From Candidatus Binatia bacterium (GTDB taxonomy: Bacteria; Desulfobacterota; Binatia; UBA1149; CAITLU01): a DNA stretch of 64,000 bases. The position numbers were made by a program, and so were the translations under genes. Shown piece by piece: positions 10,055-20,058 of the stretch (within the stretch, counting starts at the first letter, position 1; each line of letters begins with the position of its first letter). The DNA is taken from positions 26,607 to 90,606 of the forward strand of contig JBLFWR010000002.1 of assembly GCA_047611725.1 (NCBI GenBank), given 5' to 3'. The notes under the pieces were generated by a model. That model made no database searches and had not been told where the DNA came from. It saw only the letters and a list, made by a program, of their open reading frames with translations.

Positions 10055-11974
10055 ATGACCAAACGGGCGTCTTTGGCAGAAGCACGACAGGTGCTGACCG
10101 ACGTATTCAAGCATGCGGATTTCCGCGCGGGTCAGGATGACGCCGTGGTGGCCGCTCTAACCGGACGCGACGTATTGGTGCTACTTCCTACCGGCGCAGG
10201 AAAGTCGCTGTGCTACCAAATTCCAGCCCTTGTTGCCGCACACCGGGGCAACGGAACGACGATCGTGATCTCACCATTGATCGCACTCATGCAGGATCAG
10301 GTGGCCAGCCTAGGCAGCCGCGGAATCACCGCGGCTGCAATGCACAGCCACCTCAGCGACGAAGAGCGCAAGCAGGCCACTGCCAAATTTCTCGACGGGG
10401 AACTCGAACTACTTTATGTCTCGCCGGAACGAGCCGCTAGCCCAAGTTTTCGACGCCTGCTGAAACGCGCTGCTGTCGCACTCATCGCGATCGACGAAGC
10501 CCACTGCGTAAGCCAATGGGGACACGACTTTAGACCGGACTACATGCTGCTGGGCGAACTGCGCGAATTACCCGAAGTGGCCGACGCGCCCATGATTGCG
10601 CTGACCGCAACCGCAACGCCGGTGGTTATGAAGGAGATTGCAGCGCGCCTCGGGATGCGCGACCCAGCAATCGTACGAACTGACTTCGATCGCCCCAATC
10701 TCTCGTTCGCAGTGAATGCAATTAGCACTGAACGCGAGCGCAACGACGTCCTTGTGGAAGAGCTCGATCGCGCAGGGATTCGTGGCCGTTCGGGCCGTGG
10801 ACGCGCCATCCTATATTGCAGCACACGCAAGGTTACGGAACGGGTAGCAAAGGCGCTTCGAGCCTGCGGAGTAAGTGTGGGGTACTATCACGCCGGTCGC
10901 ACCAAGCTTGCGCGCGAACGAGCTCAACAGGCTTTCCTCGCCGGGCGCGTCCGCGTTCTCGTCGCCACCAACGCTTTCGGTATGGGGATCGACCTCCCAG
11001 ACGTTCGGCTGATCGTGCACTTTCAAATTCCTGGCAGTATTGAGGCGTACTACCAAGAGGCAGGCCGCGCAGGACGCGATGGCGACCCGGCACGTTGTCT
11101 TTTGTTCTTTGGCCGCGCCGATCTGATGACCCAGCGCCGACTGTCCGAAAAGTCCACGACGAGCGCAGCCTTGGGCGAGCGCCGCGATGACGCACTAGCC
11201 GGGATCGAACGCTACGCCACGCAATCCAATTGTAGGCACCAAACCCTGGTCTCCCATTTCAGCGGGAATCCCGACGAGCCAGAGTGTGGCCGCTGCGACT
11301 TCTGTCTTGGCGACATGTTTCTTGGCGGCATGTTTCTTGGCGGCAACGTGGAAACCGACAGCACGGCATCAAGCCGACGGGCAAGCGTACCTCTTGTTGT
11401 GCTTCCCGATGCCGCGAACGACGTAATCTTGGCAGCTGTAGACCGTCTCAAGCGACCCGTTGGGCGGCGAAACCTCGCGCAAGCATTGCGAGGAGGAAAG
11501 GCCAAAACTCTTTCACGGGGAGGGCTGTTGACGCTGCCCGAGTATGGAACGCTTTCCGAATTCAACGAAGATTCAGTGATCGCAGCGATCGATGATTTGT
11601 TGGCTAGCGGATTGCTGCAGCGTACGGGGAAAAAATACCCGACAGTCTGGATGCCCGGGAAACCGCTGCGCGCAGCAAACAAAACCCGCGGCGACGGAAC
11701 CGAAGCGCCGGTAGCGCGCAAAAAGGCTACGTCCAGTCGCTATGGCGGAGACATTGCTCGAGCGCTTGAAAACTATCGCAAGCGAACCGCTCGCACGCTG
11801 GGATGGAAGGCGTACATGATTTTCCAACGCCGGGTAATCATGGAAATCGATCGCAAGGAGCCTGATTCACTCGAAGCGCTGTCAAACATCGTGGGACTGG
11901 GGCCTGCGAAGATCGAGCGATTTGGAGAGGACGTGCTTGGGTTGGTACGGCAACATCGCCGCAAGGTGACCTAG
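10055..11974 (+). CDS. recQ: ATP-dependent DNA helicase RecQ (with C-terminal HRDC domain)
   Basis: FRAGQDDAVVAALTGRDVLVLLPTGAGKSLCYQIPAL, DEAH box (AIDEAHCVSQWGHDFRPDY), Zn-binding Cys cluster, HRDC at C-terminus; ORF begins 10004, start likely MTKRAS at 10055. Confidence 0.9.
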   Translation: MTKRASLAEARQVLTDVFKHADFRAGQDDAVVAALTGRDVLVLLPTGAGKSLCYQIPALVAAHRGNGTTIVISPLIALMQDQVASLGSRGITAAAMHSHLSDEERKQATAKFLDGELELLYVSPERAASPSFRRLLKRAAVALIAIDEAHCVSQWGHDFRPDYMLLGELRELPEVADAPMIALTATATPVVMKEIAARLGMRDPAIVRTDFDRPNLSFAVNAISTERERNDVLVEELDRAGIRGRSGRGRAILYCSTRKVTERVAKALRACGVSVGYYHAGRTKLARERAQQAFLAGRVRVLVATNAFGMGIDLPDVRLIVHFQIPGSIEAYYQEAGRAGRDGDPARCLLFFGRADLMTQRRLSEKSTTSAALGERRDDALAGIERYATQSNCRHQTLVSHFSGNPDEPECGRCDFCLGDMFLGGMFLGGNVETDSTASSRRASVPLVVLPDAANDVILAAVDRLKRPVGRRNLAQALRGGKAKTLSRGGLLTLPEYGTLSEFNEDSVIAAIDDLLASGLLQRTGKKYPTVWMPGKPLRAANKTRGDGTEAPVARKKATSSRYGGDIARALENYRKRTARTLGWKAYMIFQRRVIMEIDRKEPDSLEALSNIVGLGPAKIERFGEDVLGLVRQHRRKVT

Positions 11975-12245
11975 CAACACGGAGACCTAGCCACAGGGTG
12001 AGCCGCACGTGCCGCGCACCCTCCCATCGAAAACCGGAAGATAGCCCCTTCGCCGGGAGCACCCTGAGCGCTGATTGTACCCCCGTGACCGCGTACGATT
12101 CGTTCGGCCAACGCCAGCGCGACCCCAATCGCCGACACAACCGCAAGCAAACGGGCATTGGGAGTAGCCCAAGCCGTTCGCAACACAGCGAACAATATCG
12201 TCAAAGCCACGATACGGGTGCGGCTCTGAAGCGTCAGTGCGGTTT
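11971..12245 (-). pseudogene. Possible remnant of histidine kinase C-terminus (HATPase_c G2 box) without sensor/DHp portion
   Basis: GVALALAERIVRGHGGTISAQGAPGEGAIFRFSM resembles GLGLaIvkrIveaHGGrI...G.GttF; frame closed by TAA ~85 codons upstream, no room for full kinase between recQ and P450. Confidence 0.3.
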
Positions 12246-12454
12246 CGCGTTATAGTTCGTCCGCGATCTTCATCTGGTGACTCTCCTCGAAGGCCTAGCC
12301 GACCGAATCTAACATCCGGTGGCAACGTTAGAAACGACGAATCCAGTCGTAGAGAACTCGGACCCGCAGGCCGCGACATAGGCCGCCACCACAGGTATGG
12401 TCATCGCTCCGAGCCCCGCCACGAGTGAGACCTGACCAACGGAGAAAATGCTGC

Positions 12455-13639
12455 ATGCCGCCGAAAGCCACTGCCACCTTCAAACTACGCTCCGGCGAAA
12501 GCTGGCGAGACCCGTTTTCGATGTACAAGGCCTTACGCGACTTCGACCCTGTCCATCACGCGAGTGACGGCGACTACTACGTACTGACCCGTTTCGACGA
12601 TGTTTTCGCCGCAGCGGCCGACAGCGAAACGTTCTCGTCGGCCTCGGGCTTGACGGTCAACTACGGAGAGATCGAATCAGCCGGTATGGGCGATGCCACG
12701 CCAATGGTGTTTCTCGATCCGCCGGAGCACACGCAGTTTCGAAACCTGGTCACCAAACGATTGACGCCGAGAAAGGTCGCCGACATCGAGCCAGCGATTC
12801 GCGAATTTGTCGTTTCGCGAATCGAGCGTTGCCGTGAACTGGGCCAGGCCGACATTGTCTCAGAGTTGTTCAAACCCTTGCCCAGCTTCGTCGTCGCGCA
12901 CTATTTGGGCGTCCCCGAAGACGAACGCGCCTTGTTTGACGTGTGGACGGAAGCAATCGTCCAAGCCGCAGCCACTGGCGACGTTGCCACCTCCGGTGAT
13001 GCTTTTGGAGATCTACTCGGTTACTTCGCAGGCCTAATTGAAAGACGACGCACGGAACCGGCCGATGATATTGTCTCGGAGCTGGTCGCGCTCGGCGAAG
13101 ACACCGTTTCGATCGCGCGAATTCTCGGCTTCACCTTCACCATGGTTACAGGCGGAAACGACACAGTAACCGGCCTTTTGTCAGGAGGCTCCTGCCTGCT
13201 CACCGACCGACCGGAACAACGAACTAAGCTTCTGCGCGATCCTGACCTGATCGCAGGCGCTGTCGAGGAACTGCTACGACTCACCTCGCCGGTGCAAAAT
13301 CTGGCCCGCACGGCGACACGCGACGTCACGATCAACGGAGTCAAGATTCCCAAAGGCCGCAAGGTTCTATTGTCGTATGCCGCCGCCAATCGCGATGATC
13401 GTGAGTTCGGGCCGGCGGCAGAGGAATGCGAGGTCGAACGAAAAATCAAAAAGATCTTGAGTCTGAGTTACGGCACTCACTACTGTATCGGCGCCGCCGC
13501 AGCACGACTGCAGGGCCGTGTCGTATTTGAAGAGCTCCTAGCTCGATGTCCAGATTTTTCGGTTGATGTCGATGGCGGCCGCTACGCACCCGGCAACTAC
13601 GTACGCCGTCACGAGTCACTACCGTGGGCGACTAGCTAG
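12455..13639 (+). CDS. Cytochrome P450
   Basis: Heme-binding loop FGTHYCIGAAAARLQ (FxxGxHxCxG), EELLR (ExxR) motif; ORF from 12425, RBS-supported ATG at 12455. Confidence 0.9.
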   Translation: MPPKATATFKLRSGESWRDPFSMYKALRDFDPVHHASDGDYYVLTRFDDVFAAAADSETFSSASGLTVNYGEIESAGMGDATPMVFLDPPEHTQFRNLVTKRLTPRKVADIEPAIREFVVSRIERCRELGQADIVSELFKPLPSFVVAHYLGVPEDERALFDVWTEAIVQAAATGDVATSGDAFGDLLGYFAGLIERRRTEPADDIVSELVALGEDTVSIARILGFTFTMVTGGNDTVTGLLSGGSCLLTDRPEQRTKLLRDPDLIAGAVEELLRLTSPVQNLARTATRDVTINGVKIPKGRKVLLSYAAANRDDREFGPAAEECEVERKIKKILSLSYGTHYCIGAAAARLQGRVVFEELLARCPDFSVDVDGGRYAPGNYVRRHESLPWATS

Positions 13640-13763
13640 CTAGCTAACTAATTAGGCAGGCAGGCAGGCAGCCAGCCAAACCAGCTTTATGGTGGCCCTT
13701 CCCTATTGGGCGGCGCAGGTGCTAAGTCCGGTTTCGCCGAAATCCGGCCAAGGTAGGGACCAG

Positions 13764-14189
13764 ACCATGGAAGCAAGTGCGATTCTTCAACCCGTTATCG
13801 TCATGGGGCTACTTAGCACCGCAATGTTTGTGTGGATGCTCGCCACGCGCATTCCGGCGATGACAAAGCTAAAAATCTCCCCCCAGAAAGCTCAGAACAC
13901 TTCGGCGCTCATCGACCTGCTGCCGGCTGAGGTCACCCGCGTCTCAAACAACTACAACCATCTGTTCGAACAGCCGACGCTATTCTACGCCGTCGCGATT
14001 TCGCTTGCGGTTCTTGGTCACGTCGACTCCCTTCACGTCCAGTGTGCCTGGGCCTTCGCCACCATTCGCATCGTCCATTCAGTGGTGCAAGCCACGGTGG
14101 ACAACGTCAATGTTCGCTTCGGTCTGTTCTTACTTTCCTGGATTGCGCTGGGAACGATGATCGTGCGCGAAGCACTGATTATTTTCTAA
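13764..14189 (+). CDS. MAPEG-like small membrane protein
   Basis: ~140 aa, 3-4 TM helices; pattern resembling MAPEG superfamily; tentative. Confidence 0.4.
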   Translation, partial: TMEASAILQPVIVMGLLSTAMFVWMLATRIPAMTKLKISPQKAQNTSALIDLLPAEVTRVSNNYNHLFEQPTLFYAVAISLAVLGHVDSLHVQCAWAFATIRIVHSVVQATVDNVNVRFGLFLLSWIALGTMIVREALIIF

Positions 14190-14196
14190 ACCGCGT

Positions 14197-15132
14197 TTAA
14201 GGAATGGGATTGTTCCACGCGTCCTGATCGGCCGTGATGACGTTCCAGATCGTGGTGGTGTACAACGCCGCATCCTCTTCGGATATCCGTCGCGGGCGCC
14301 AAATGTCGGCGTCGAATTCGCGGGTGATCGTGTAGAGGAGAGTCACAGCAGCAACCCAGCGCCCGGTGGTGACAAGATGCTTACCGTCGCGGCGATAAAA
14401 AACCGCTGGGTTGCCCAAGGTCTTAAAAACTTCGCCTACCGGAGCAATCCTCGCGTTGAGATACGGGTCTTTGGCTATCGGAACATAGCCGCTGCAGGTT
14501 TGGGTTTGCGTGTCGCAACTATCGTCGGCCGTAAAGCACCACAGCTCGTTCGAACAGTTCTTCACTCCACTGCGCAAAACCTCGTAGTCAGGAATCCCTT
14601 CTTTCTTGCTCCCAACGCCACCCTGCCACGTCATAAGCAGAATGTGCTCTGAGGTCGGAGTCTGTTGGGCTAATCGGCAAAACCCACGATATCCATCGTT
14701 CTGAATGTCGTTGTCATTAAGGTCGGTAACATCTGTTTGACCGCCTGGAACGCAGGGATACTCGGCCGGACCCGGAGCGCCCGGATTGTAGTCAGCGGCG
14801 CCAAGCGAGTTTTCCTGAAGGACTACGAAGTCCCAACCCTGTGACAAAATGCGCGCGGTTCGGGCTCTCGTGGAATGTTCGCCAAGGGTCGCTCCGTTCT
14901 TTCGCGCATCCTTGAGGCGCGCATCAACGGCCAGCCCTTTGAACATGCGAGACAAGCCACGCTTGAGTCCTGCGGATAGGCTGTTGCCGACTAAGACCAC
15001 ACGCAGCTCTTCGGCCTGTGCCTGTTGCTGACTGGCGTTGGCAGTCTGCGCAACCCCGGCCAGGCCAAGCACTAGCGAGAGTGCGCCCGCTGCGGCGATA
15101 GAAATTGCACGTGCCTCGAAAAATAATCTCAC
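14197..15132 (-). CDS. Secreted SGNH/GDSL-like hydrolase
   Basis: GTG start with GGGGAG RBS gives signal peptide MRLFFEARAISIAAAGALSLVLGLAGVAQTANA; block I VVLVGNSLSAG and C-terminal DGKH (DxxH) typical of SGNH fold. Confidence 0.55.
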   Translation of the reverse strand: MRLFFEARAISIAAAGALSLVLGLAGVAQTANASQQQAQAEELRVVLVGNSLSAGLKRGLSRMFKGLAVDARLKDARKNGATLGEHSTRARTARILSQGWDFVVLQENSLGAADYNPGAPGPAEYPCVPGGQTDVTDLNDNDIQNDGYRGFCRLAQQTPTSEHILLMTWQGGVGSKKEGIPDYEVLRSGVKNCSNELWCFTADDSCDTQTQTCSGYVPIAKDPYLNARIAPVGEVFKTLGNPAVFYRRDGKHLVTTGRWVAAVTLLYTITREFDADIWRPRRISEEDAALYTTTIWNVITADQDAWNNPIP

Positions 15133-15149
15133 TATAGGACTCCCCAAAA

Positions 15150-15902
15150 CTATCGCCGGTCTTGCAACTTGGCGAGAAGGCGGAGGATTTCTAGGTACAG
15201 CCACACCAACGTCACCAGCAGACCAAACGCAGCGTACCATTCCATGTACGCGGGTGCGCCAGCTTCGGCCCCTTCCTCGATGAAATCGAAGTCGAGCACG
15301 AGGTTGAGCGACGCAATAATCACGACGCCCACGCTGAAAAGAATTCCAAAGGTTCCGCTCGAATGAATCAACGGAATGCTCGATCCGAAGAAACTCATCA
15401 CGAAGGACACCACGTAGATCATCATGATCCCACCGGTGGCGGCAAAAACTCCGAGCTTGAAGTTCTCAGTCGCCTTGATGAGCCCTGAGCGGTAAGCCAT
15501 CAACAGGGCGCCCAGCGTTCCGAACGTAAGAAAAATCGCCTGACTTGCGATGCCCGGATAGCGGGCCTCGAACGAAACAGAAATTCCGCCAAGCGCCAAC
15601 CCCTCCAGGGCCGCATAGGCCGGGGTAGTATAGGGTGCCCAGGTCTTCTTGAAAATGGTGGCCATGGCCATCACGAAGCCGCCAATGAAACCACCCATCA
15701 TCAATGCGCCAGCGCGGGGATCGGCGGGGCCAAGGCTCCAGGTCCAGCTTGCGGTGGCGAAAAGAATGATCAGCGCCACTGCGGTCTTGTTCACGGTGCC
15801 GGCCACCGTCATCACGTCGTTGTCACCAAACGACGTGGCGTTGCTGAAGGTTTTGGCGGACAGGGCGGGATTTCCGGATCGAAGGGCCAAGTGTGAGCTC
15901 AT
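15150..15902 (-). CDS. Bax inhibitor-1/YccA-family membrane protein
   Basis: 7-TM protein with characteristic BI-1/YccA hydrophobic pattern and charged C-terminus (LAKLQDRR). Confidence 0.78.
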   Translation of the reverse strand: MSSHLALRSGNPALSAKTFSNATSFGDNDVMTVAGTVNKTAVALIILFATASWTWSLGPADPRAGALMMGGFIGGFVMAMATIFKKTWAPYTTPAYAALEGLALGGISVSFEARYPGIASQAIFLTFGTLGALLMAYRSGLIKATENFKLGVFAATGGIMMIYVVSFVMSFFGSSIPLIHSSGTFGILFSVGVVIIASLNLVLDFDFIEEGAEAGAPAYMEWYAAFGLLVTLVWLYLEILRLLAKLQDRR

Positions 15903-15997
15903 AGGGTGATCCTTGGTTGTTCCGCCCGTGCCGTCAACTCAGGCACCGGCGAAACGCGACAACCACGCGAATAACCGAGCGCGGCTGCCTCGCCGAA

Positions 15998-17217
15998 CTA
16001 CTCCTCAGAAAGCCCGCCGCAGGGTGGGCACAGAAGATCCACGTCCTGTCCCACTGCGTTTCGAAGACAGATCAAAGCATCGCTGGCAGCTGGAGTCGCG
16101 CGTCCGCTCTTTGGAATACCGCATTGCTGACAAACGATCTCAGTCACCTCGACCACCGGCACTGTCCCGCCGCACATGGCATCGAACGGGCCAATGGTGA
16201 TCGCGAAATCCTCGGGCAAGACCGGGTCGGAAATCGTCACGTAGGTACATTCGGCCAATTTGGCTGGGGTCTGCAACATCGTCGTCGCTTCGAAGTTCGC
16301 GTTGAGACGCTTTTCGGCCAGGTCGGCTCCAAAGGACCATTCGCCGTCGGAGGCAATGGCCTCGCAGCCGCCACCTTTACCCGGAAAGCTTCCCTTCTCC
16401 CGATCGAAGCCAACTCTAAACTCCAACGCTTCCAACGGTCCGACATCGACGGCGCCGAATCAAATCGTGCACTGCCTGTCCGCATCAGCACCGCAGACCG
16501 GGGCTCGCGTCGGCGGGTGACTGCAGGAACCCGCGCCATCGCAGAAGTCATCCGTGCAAATGTCGGCGTCGTCGGTGCAAGCGGTAGGCTCGTTAACTAT
16601 ACAGTCGTCGTCGATCTCGTCGCAGGCGTCCTGACATTCCGCGCTGCCGATACAGGGATCGCCGTCGTTACAAACAACGTCGGTACACGGGTCCGGATTT
16701 CGCCGAGCGGCGTGAGTTCAAAACTAACCATGGCACTGTCAAAACGAAGAAAACTTGTTGCAATGAACGTATCGGGGGCAGGATTCTCGCCCCGCGCCCC
16801 TTCAACGGCAGGTGCAACGATGGCAATTACGCTGAACTGATCGACGGGAACCGGAAACTCAAGAATTTCACCCGCGCCGACTTCTCGGTCACCGTTCTCA
16901 GTGTCGCTGACCAGAAAACGCCCGTCGGTAATCTCGTAGTCGAACCCCTCAGCTTCATTCGCCGCGAACCAAAGCCCACTACCATCCTGCTCGGTGGTCA
17001 CCGGCCGCTCAAACGAACCCGGGATCCCAGCTCGAACCGTGACGCCGACCAAATCCTGAAAGCCACTGATCTTCGCAAGCTCTGACTGGGTCACCGATGC
17101 CTGAAAGAAGGGAACGCCTCGGATCCCGGCATTGGCGAAAAACTGAAGCACCTCGTCGGAAGACGCCCCGAGGCAAGTAGCACACATCGACTTCGCACTG
17201 ACTTCCCGATTGCGCAA
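15998..17217 (-). pseudogene. Disrupted gene for Cys-rich repeat (CxxDxxCxDG) protein: frameshift near 16700-16740 and in-frame TGA at ~16460-16462
   Basis: N-terminal part in ORF 16597..17217; Cys-rich repeats NPDPCTDVVCNDGDPCIGSAECQDACDEIDDDCIVNEPTACTDDADICTDDFCDGAGSC lie in the -1 frame with no start; that frame hits TGA then continues as ORF 15998..16435 (8 codons later). Confidence 0.5.
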
Positions 17218-17253
17218 AAATCACCTGAGAACCGAAATGAGACCCCAATCCCG

Positions 17254-17709
17254 ATGTTAACTATTTTTGTCGATGCTGACGCCTGCCCCGTCAAGGACGA
17301 GGTCTACCGCGTCGCCACCCGCTGCGAGCTCCAGGTGAGAGTTGTAGCCAACAGCTTCATTAACGTTCCGCGTGATGGACGGGTTGAACTCATCACCGTG
17401 GGTTCAGGCGACGACGTGGCCGATGACTGGATCGCCGAACGGGCGGGCCCCGGCGATATCGTGGTCACCGCCGATATTTTGTTGGCCTCTCGCTGCCTAA
17501 AGGCCGGAGCTCGCGTCATCGGAACCAAAGGACTCGAGTTCACCGAAGACTCGATTGGCGGAGCGCTGGCCGGACGCGAACTCTCGCAACAGCTGCGCGA
17601 GATGGGCATGGAGACACGCGGCCCCGCCCCCATGGAAAAGAAGGACCGCGGACGCTTTCTGAACACTTTGGACACTGTGATTCAGGCGATTCGTCGCGCC
17701 AACGGATGA
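17254..17709 (+). CDS. YaiI/YqgV-family protein (UPF0178/DUF188)
   Basis: [33 protein letters not shown]... typical UPF0178 N-terminus. Confidence 0.8.
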   Translation: MLTIFVDADACPVKDEVYRVATRCELQVRVVANSFINVPRDGRVELITVGSGDDVADDWIAERAGPGDIVVTADILLASRCLKAGARVIGTKGLEFTEDSIGGALAGRELSQQLREMGMETRGPAPMEKKDRGRFLNTLDTVIQAIRRANG

Positions 17710-18419
17710 AACACGCGCTTGTAATCGGGGATTCTGACGGCATCGGGCTCGCGCTTACCAGGCGCCTTATCGGGGAAGGCTGGAGCGTAAGCGGAATTTC
17801 CCGCAGCGAACTCGAATTGCCAGACTTGGCCGACAGCGCGTACACACACCTAACTTGTGATGTTCGGGCCGAAGACTTCCGGCAGCGGCTTCAGGAACTC
17901 GACCAGAACCATCCGGTTGATCTGTGTGTTTACTGCGCTGGAGTGGGAGAGGAACTCGACTTGGTTGCACTCAAGGCGGGCCAGCTCGCCAACGACGCGG
18001 CCACCTTCGACGTCAATTTGAACGGAGCTGTGGCGGCGATGGAAATCATTGGTGGCGCAATGTTACGACGTGACTCCGGGCACTTCATCACACTTTCGTC
18101 TCTAGCCGACGCGACGCCGTCGGCCTCGGCACCATCGTACGCAGCGTCGAAAGCGGCGATGAGTTACTACTTCGAATCTCTCGGCTTGGCCCTGCCGCGA
18201 AGCTCGGGCGTGGCGATCACAAATGTTCGCTATGGTTTTGTCGATACGAAGATGGCCAAGTCACCTGTGCGCCCCTTCATGATGAGCGTGCCGCGTGCGG
18301 TTGACGTTGTGATGCGAGCGATCCAAACCCGTCCGCTTCGCGTAACAAAGCCTTGGCCGATGGCCGCGATTATGAGCGTACTTCGCTGGACCACACAGTG
18401 GAGAATTCGTTTGCGCTGA
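17706..18419 (+). CDS. SDR-family oxidoreductase
   Basis: [16 protein letters not shown] Rossmann motif, YAASKAA catalytic motif; ATGA overlap with upstream gene. Confidence 0.8.
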   Translation: MKHALVIGDSDGIGLALTRRLIGEGWSVSGISRSELELPDLADSAYTHLTCDVRAEDFRQRLQELDQNHPVDLCVYCAGVGEELDLVALKAGQLANDAATFDVNLNGAVAAMEIIGGAMLRRDSGHFITLSSLADATPSASAPSYAASKAAMSYYFESLGLALPRSSGVAITNVRYGFVDTKMAKSPVRPFMMSVPRAVDVVMRAIQTRPLRVTKPWPMAAIMSVLRWTTQWRIRLR

Positions 18420-18487
18420 CGGTTCAAACGAACCAAGCGGTCGCCCCCCAGGCACCGCCAAGAGCACATGCAAGAAGGAGTTTTGGA

Positions 18488-19084
18488 ATGAGTGAAGCCA
18501 GCGCAGCCAAGCAAACAACGTTCACCGCCATGCGAGATGGCACACGCGAAGATTTCCAGATCATCGGCCAGCACAGCCTCGAGCTGTTCACGGGCCTACC
18601 CGGCCGTGTGCTCGCCCACTTAAATCTCTTGGCCGGCGACACGGGTGGTTATGCGGTCGATCGACTCACCCACAGCTTGCAAACCGCAACACGTGCGCGC
18701 AGAGACGGCCGTGACGACGAATATGTTGTCTGCTCGCTGCTCCACGACATCGGCGACACGCTGGCTACGTCGAACCACGCCGACCTTGCAGCAACCATTC
18801 TCGAACCTTTCGTTTCTGAGAAGAACCACTGGATCGTGAAGCATCACGCCATCTTCCAAGGGTACTACTTCTTTGAACACCTCGGACTCGACCCGAACAT
18901 GCGCGATCAGTTCCGTGACAACCCATGGTGGCGCGACTGTGCCGAGTTCTGCGAGATCTACGATCAGAACAGCTTCGACCCCGAGTACGACACGCTACCA
19001 CTGGAAGCGTTTACCCCCGCCGTACAAGCCGTCTTCGCCCAACCGCGCAAGTCGATTTACTTAAAAGAGCCCAAACAGGACTAG
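18488..19084 (+). CDS. HD-domain metal-dependent phosphohydrolase/oxygenase-family protein
   Basis: HSLQTA...LLHDIGD HD motif; AAGGAG RBS 8 nt before ATG 18488 (ORF from 18353 overlaps SDR). Confidence 0.72.
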   Translation: MSEASAAKQTTFTAMRDGTREDFQIIGQHSLELFTGLPGRVLAHLNLLAGDTGGYAVDRLTHSLQTATRARRDGRDDEYVVCSLLHDIGDTLATSNHADLAATILEPFVSEKNHWIVKHHAIFQGYYFFEHLGLDPNMRDQFRDNPWWRDCAEFCEIYDQNSFDPEYDTLPLEAFTPAVQAVFAQPRKSIYLKEPKQD

Positions 19085-19093
19085 GGCTGCGCA

Positions 19094-19684
19094 CTATTCG
19101 TCGCGCAACCACCAAGCCAGCAACGCTTCGCAGTCCTGTCGTTCAAGAGGGCGACCGGTAAACCGTTCTATTTCTTCCGCGACCATTGAAGCGACGCGAT
19201 CAGCCGCTGCGCGAACCCGTTGGCTAAGCCCTGTTCCAATTTCGCTCGTGGCCGGAATCGCCCCGATCAAGAGAACTTCGCGTGGCCCCGTACCCGCAAG
19301 TTCAACAAGCCAAAGTGCTTCGGCGAGAGCCGGGTCATGCGGACTCACCCGCGGCTTCATCGGAAGATTGCGAAGTTCTTCGCCTTGGTAACAGCAGATA
19401 TCACCGGGGTCGCCTTCGGCGGCCACCGCGTCGATTAGCACAACTTTCTCGCGTTCGTGGAGGTGCCCGGCCAGATCAAGACCCGGGGTTCCCGCGTCGA
19501 GCAGTTCGACATCGTCGGGGATCTTCCACCCCGCCCTTACCAACTCAACAACGCTTGGGCCGAACCCGTCGTCGCCAAGCAGCACGCTCCCGATCCCAAC
19601 AACGACAAGCGCAGCACGCGGTCCATCGATAGTCTGCGCAGGTGGACGCTCGGTGCCCTGCGTCGCGTAAACCGCAGTGGTCAC
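19094..19684 (-). CDS. [NiFe]-hydrogenase maturation endopeptidase (HyaD/HybD/HoxM family)
   Basis: LVVVGIGSVLLGDDGFGPSVVELV, LDAGTPGLDLAGHL, VVLIDAV; start uncertain (ORF to 19750, GTG at 19684 plausible). Confidence 0.78.
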   Translation of the reverse strand: MTTAVYATQGTERPPAQTIDGPRAALVVVGIGSVLLGDDGFGPSVVELVRAGWKIPDDVELLDAGTPGLDLAGHLHEREKVVLIDAVAAEGDPGDICCYQGEELRNLPMKPRVSPHDPALAEALWLVELAGTGPREVLLIGAIPATSEIGTGLSQRVRAAADRVASMVAEEIERFTGRPLERQDCEALLAWWLRDE

Positions 19685-19713
19685 AGCACCTTCACTGTCG
19701 CGATCTCGCGACC

Positions 19714-20058
19714 CTAAACGTCTAACGTGTGACAGGCGCAGGCCATACACGGGTCAAACGAGTGGACGGTTCGCAACAATTCCAATGGCCGTTCGGCATC
19801 GGCAACCGGATTTCCCAACAGCGACGCCTCGTAGGGCCCGGGCACCGATGCTTCGTCGCGGGGGCTGGCATTCCAAGTCGTCGGTACCACCGCTTGGTAG
19901 TTGGCGATCGCATGTACAGTCGAAAGATCTCCGTCGAAAATCGTCCCACCCGGAATATCGAACTCTGTCGAGGCCGAGTCGGTGGGTAAATCCGGGACTG
20001 CTAAGTAGTCGCGCACACCACCACCGATCTCGAACCACTCCGGATAGAACCCGGCGAT
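19714..20058 (-). pseudogene. 3' remnant of [NiFe]-hydrogenase large subunit (C-terminal ~110 codons only)
   Basis: IANYQAVVPTTWNASPRD...LRTVHSFDPCMACACH is the large-subunit C-terminal Ni-binding DPCxxCxxH motif; frame closes at 20059-61 where IS-derived sequence begins; no N-terminal 400+ codons present. Confidence 0.75.

Noticed and set aside
16460-16462. In-frame TGA (also 44477-44479) as possible selenocysteine/recoding sites
   Set aside because: No SECIS-like hairpin evident downstream, surrounding genes terminate normally at TGA, and both loci carry additional frameshifts/deletions, so pseudogenisation or sequence error is the simpler explanation.
15917-16840. 307-aa plus-strand ORF
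   Set aside because: Arg-rich, no motifs, antisense to the Cys-rich repeat coding strand; typical high-GC shadow ORF.
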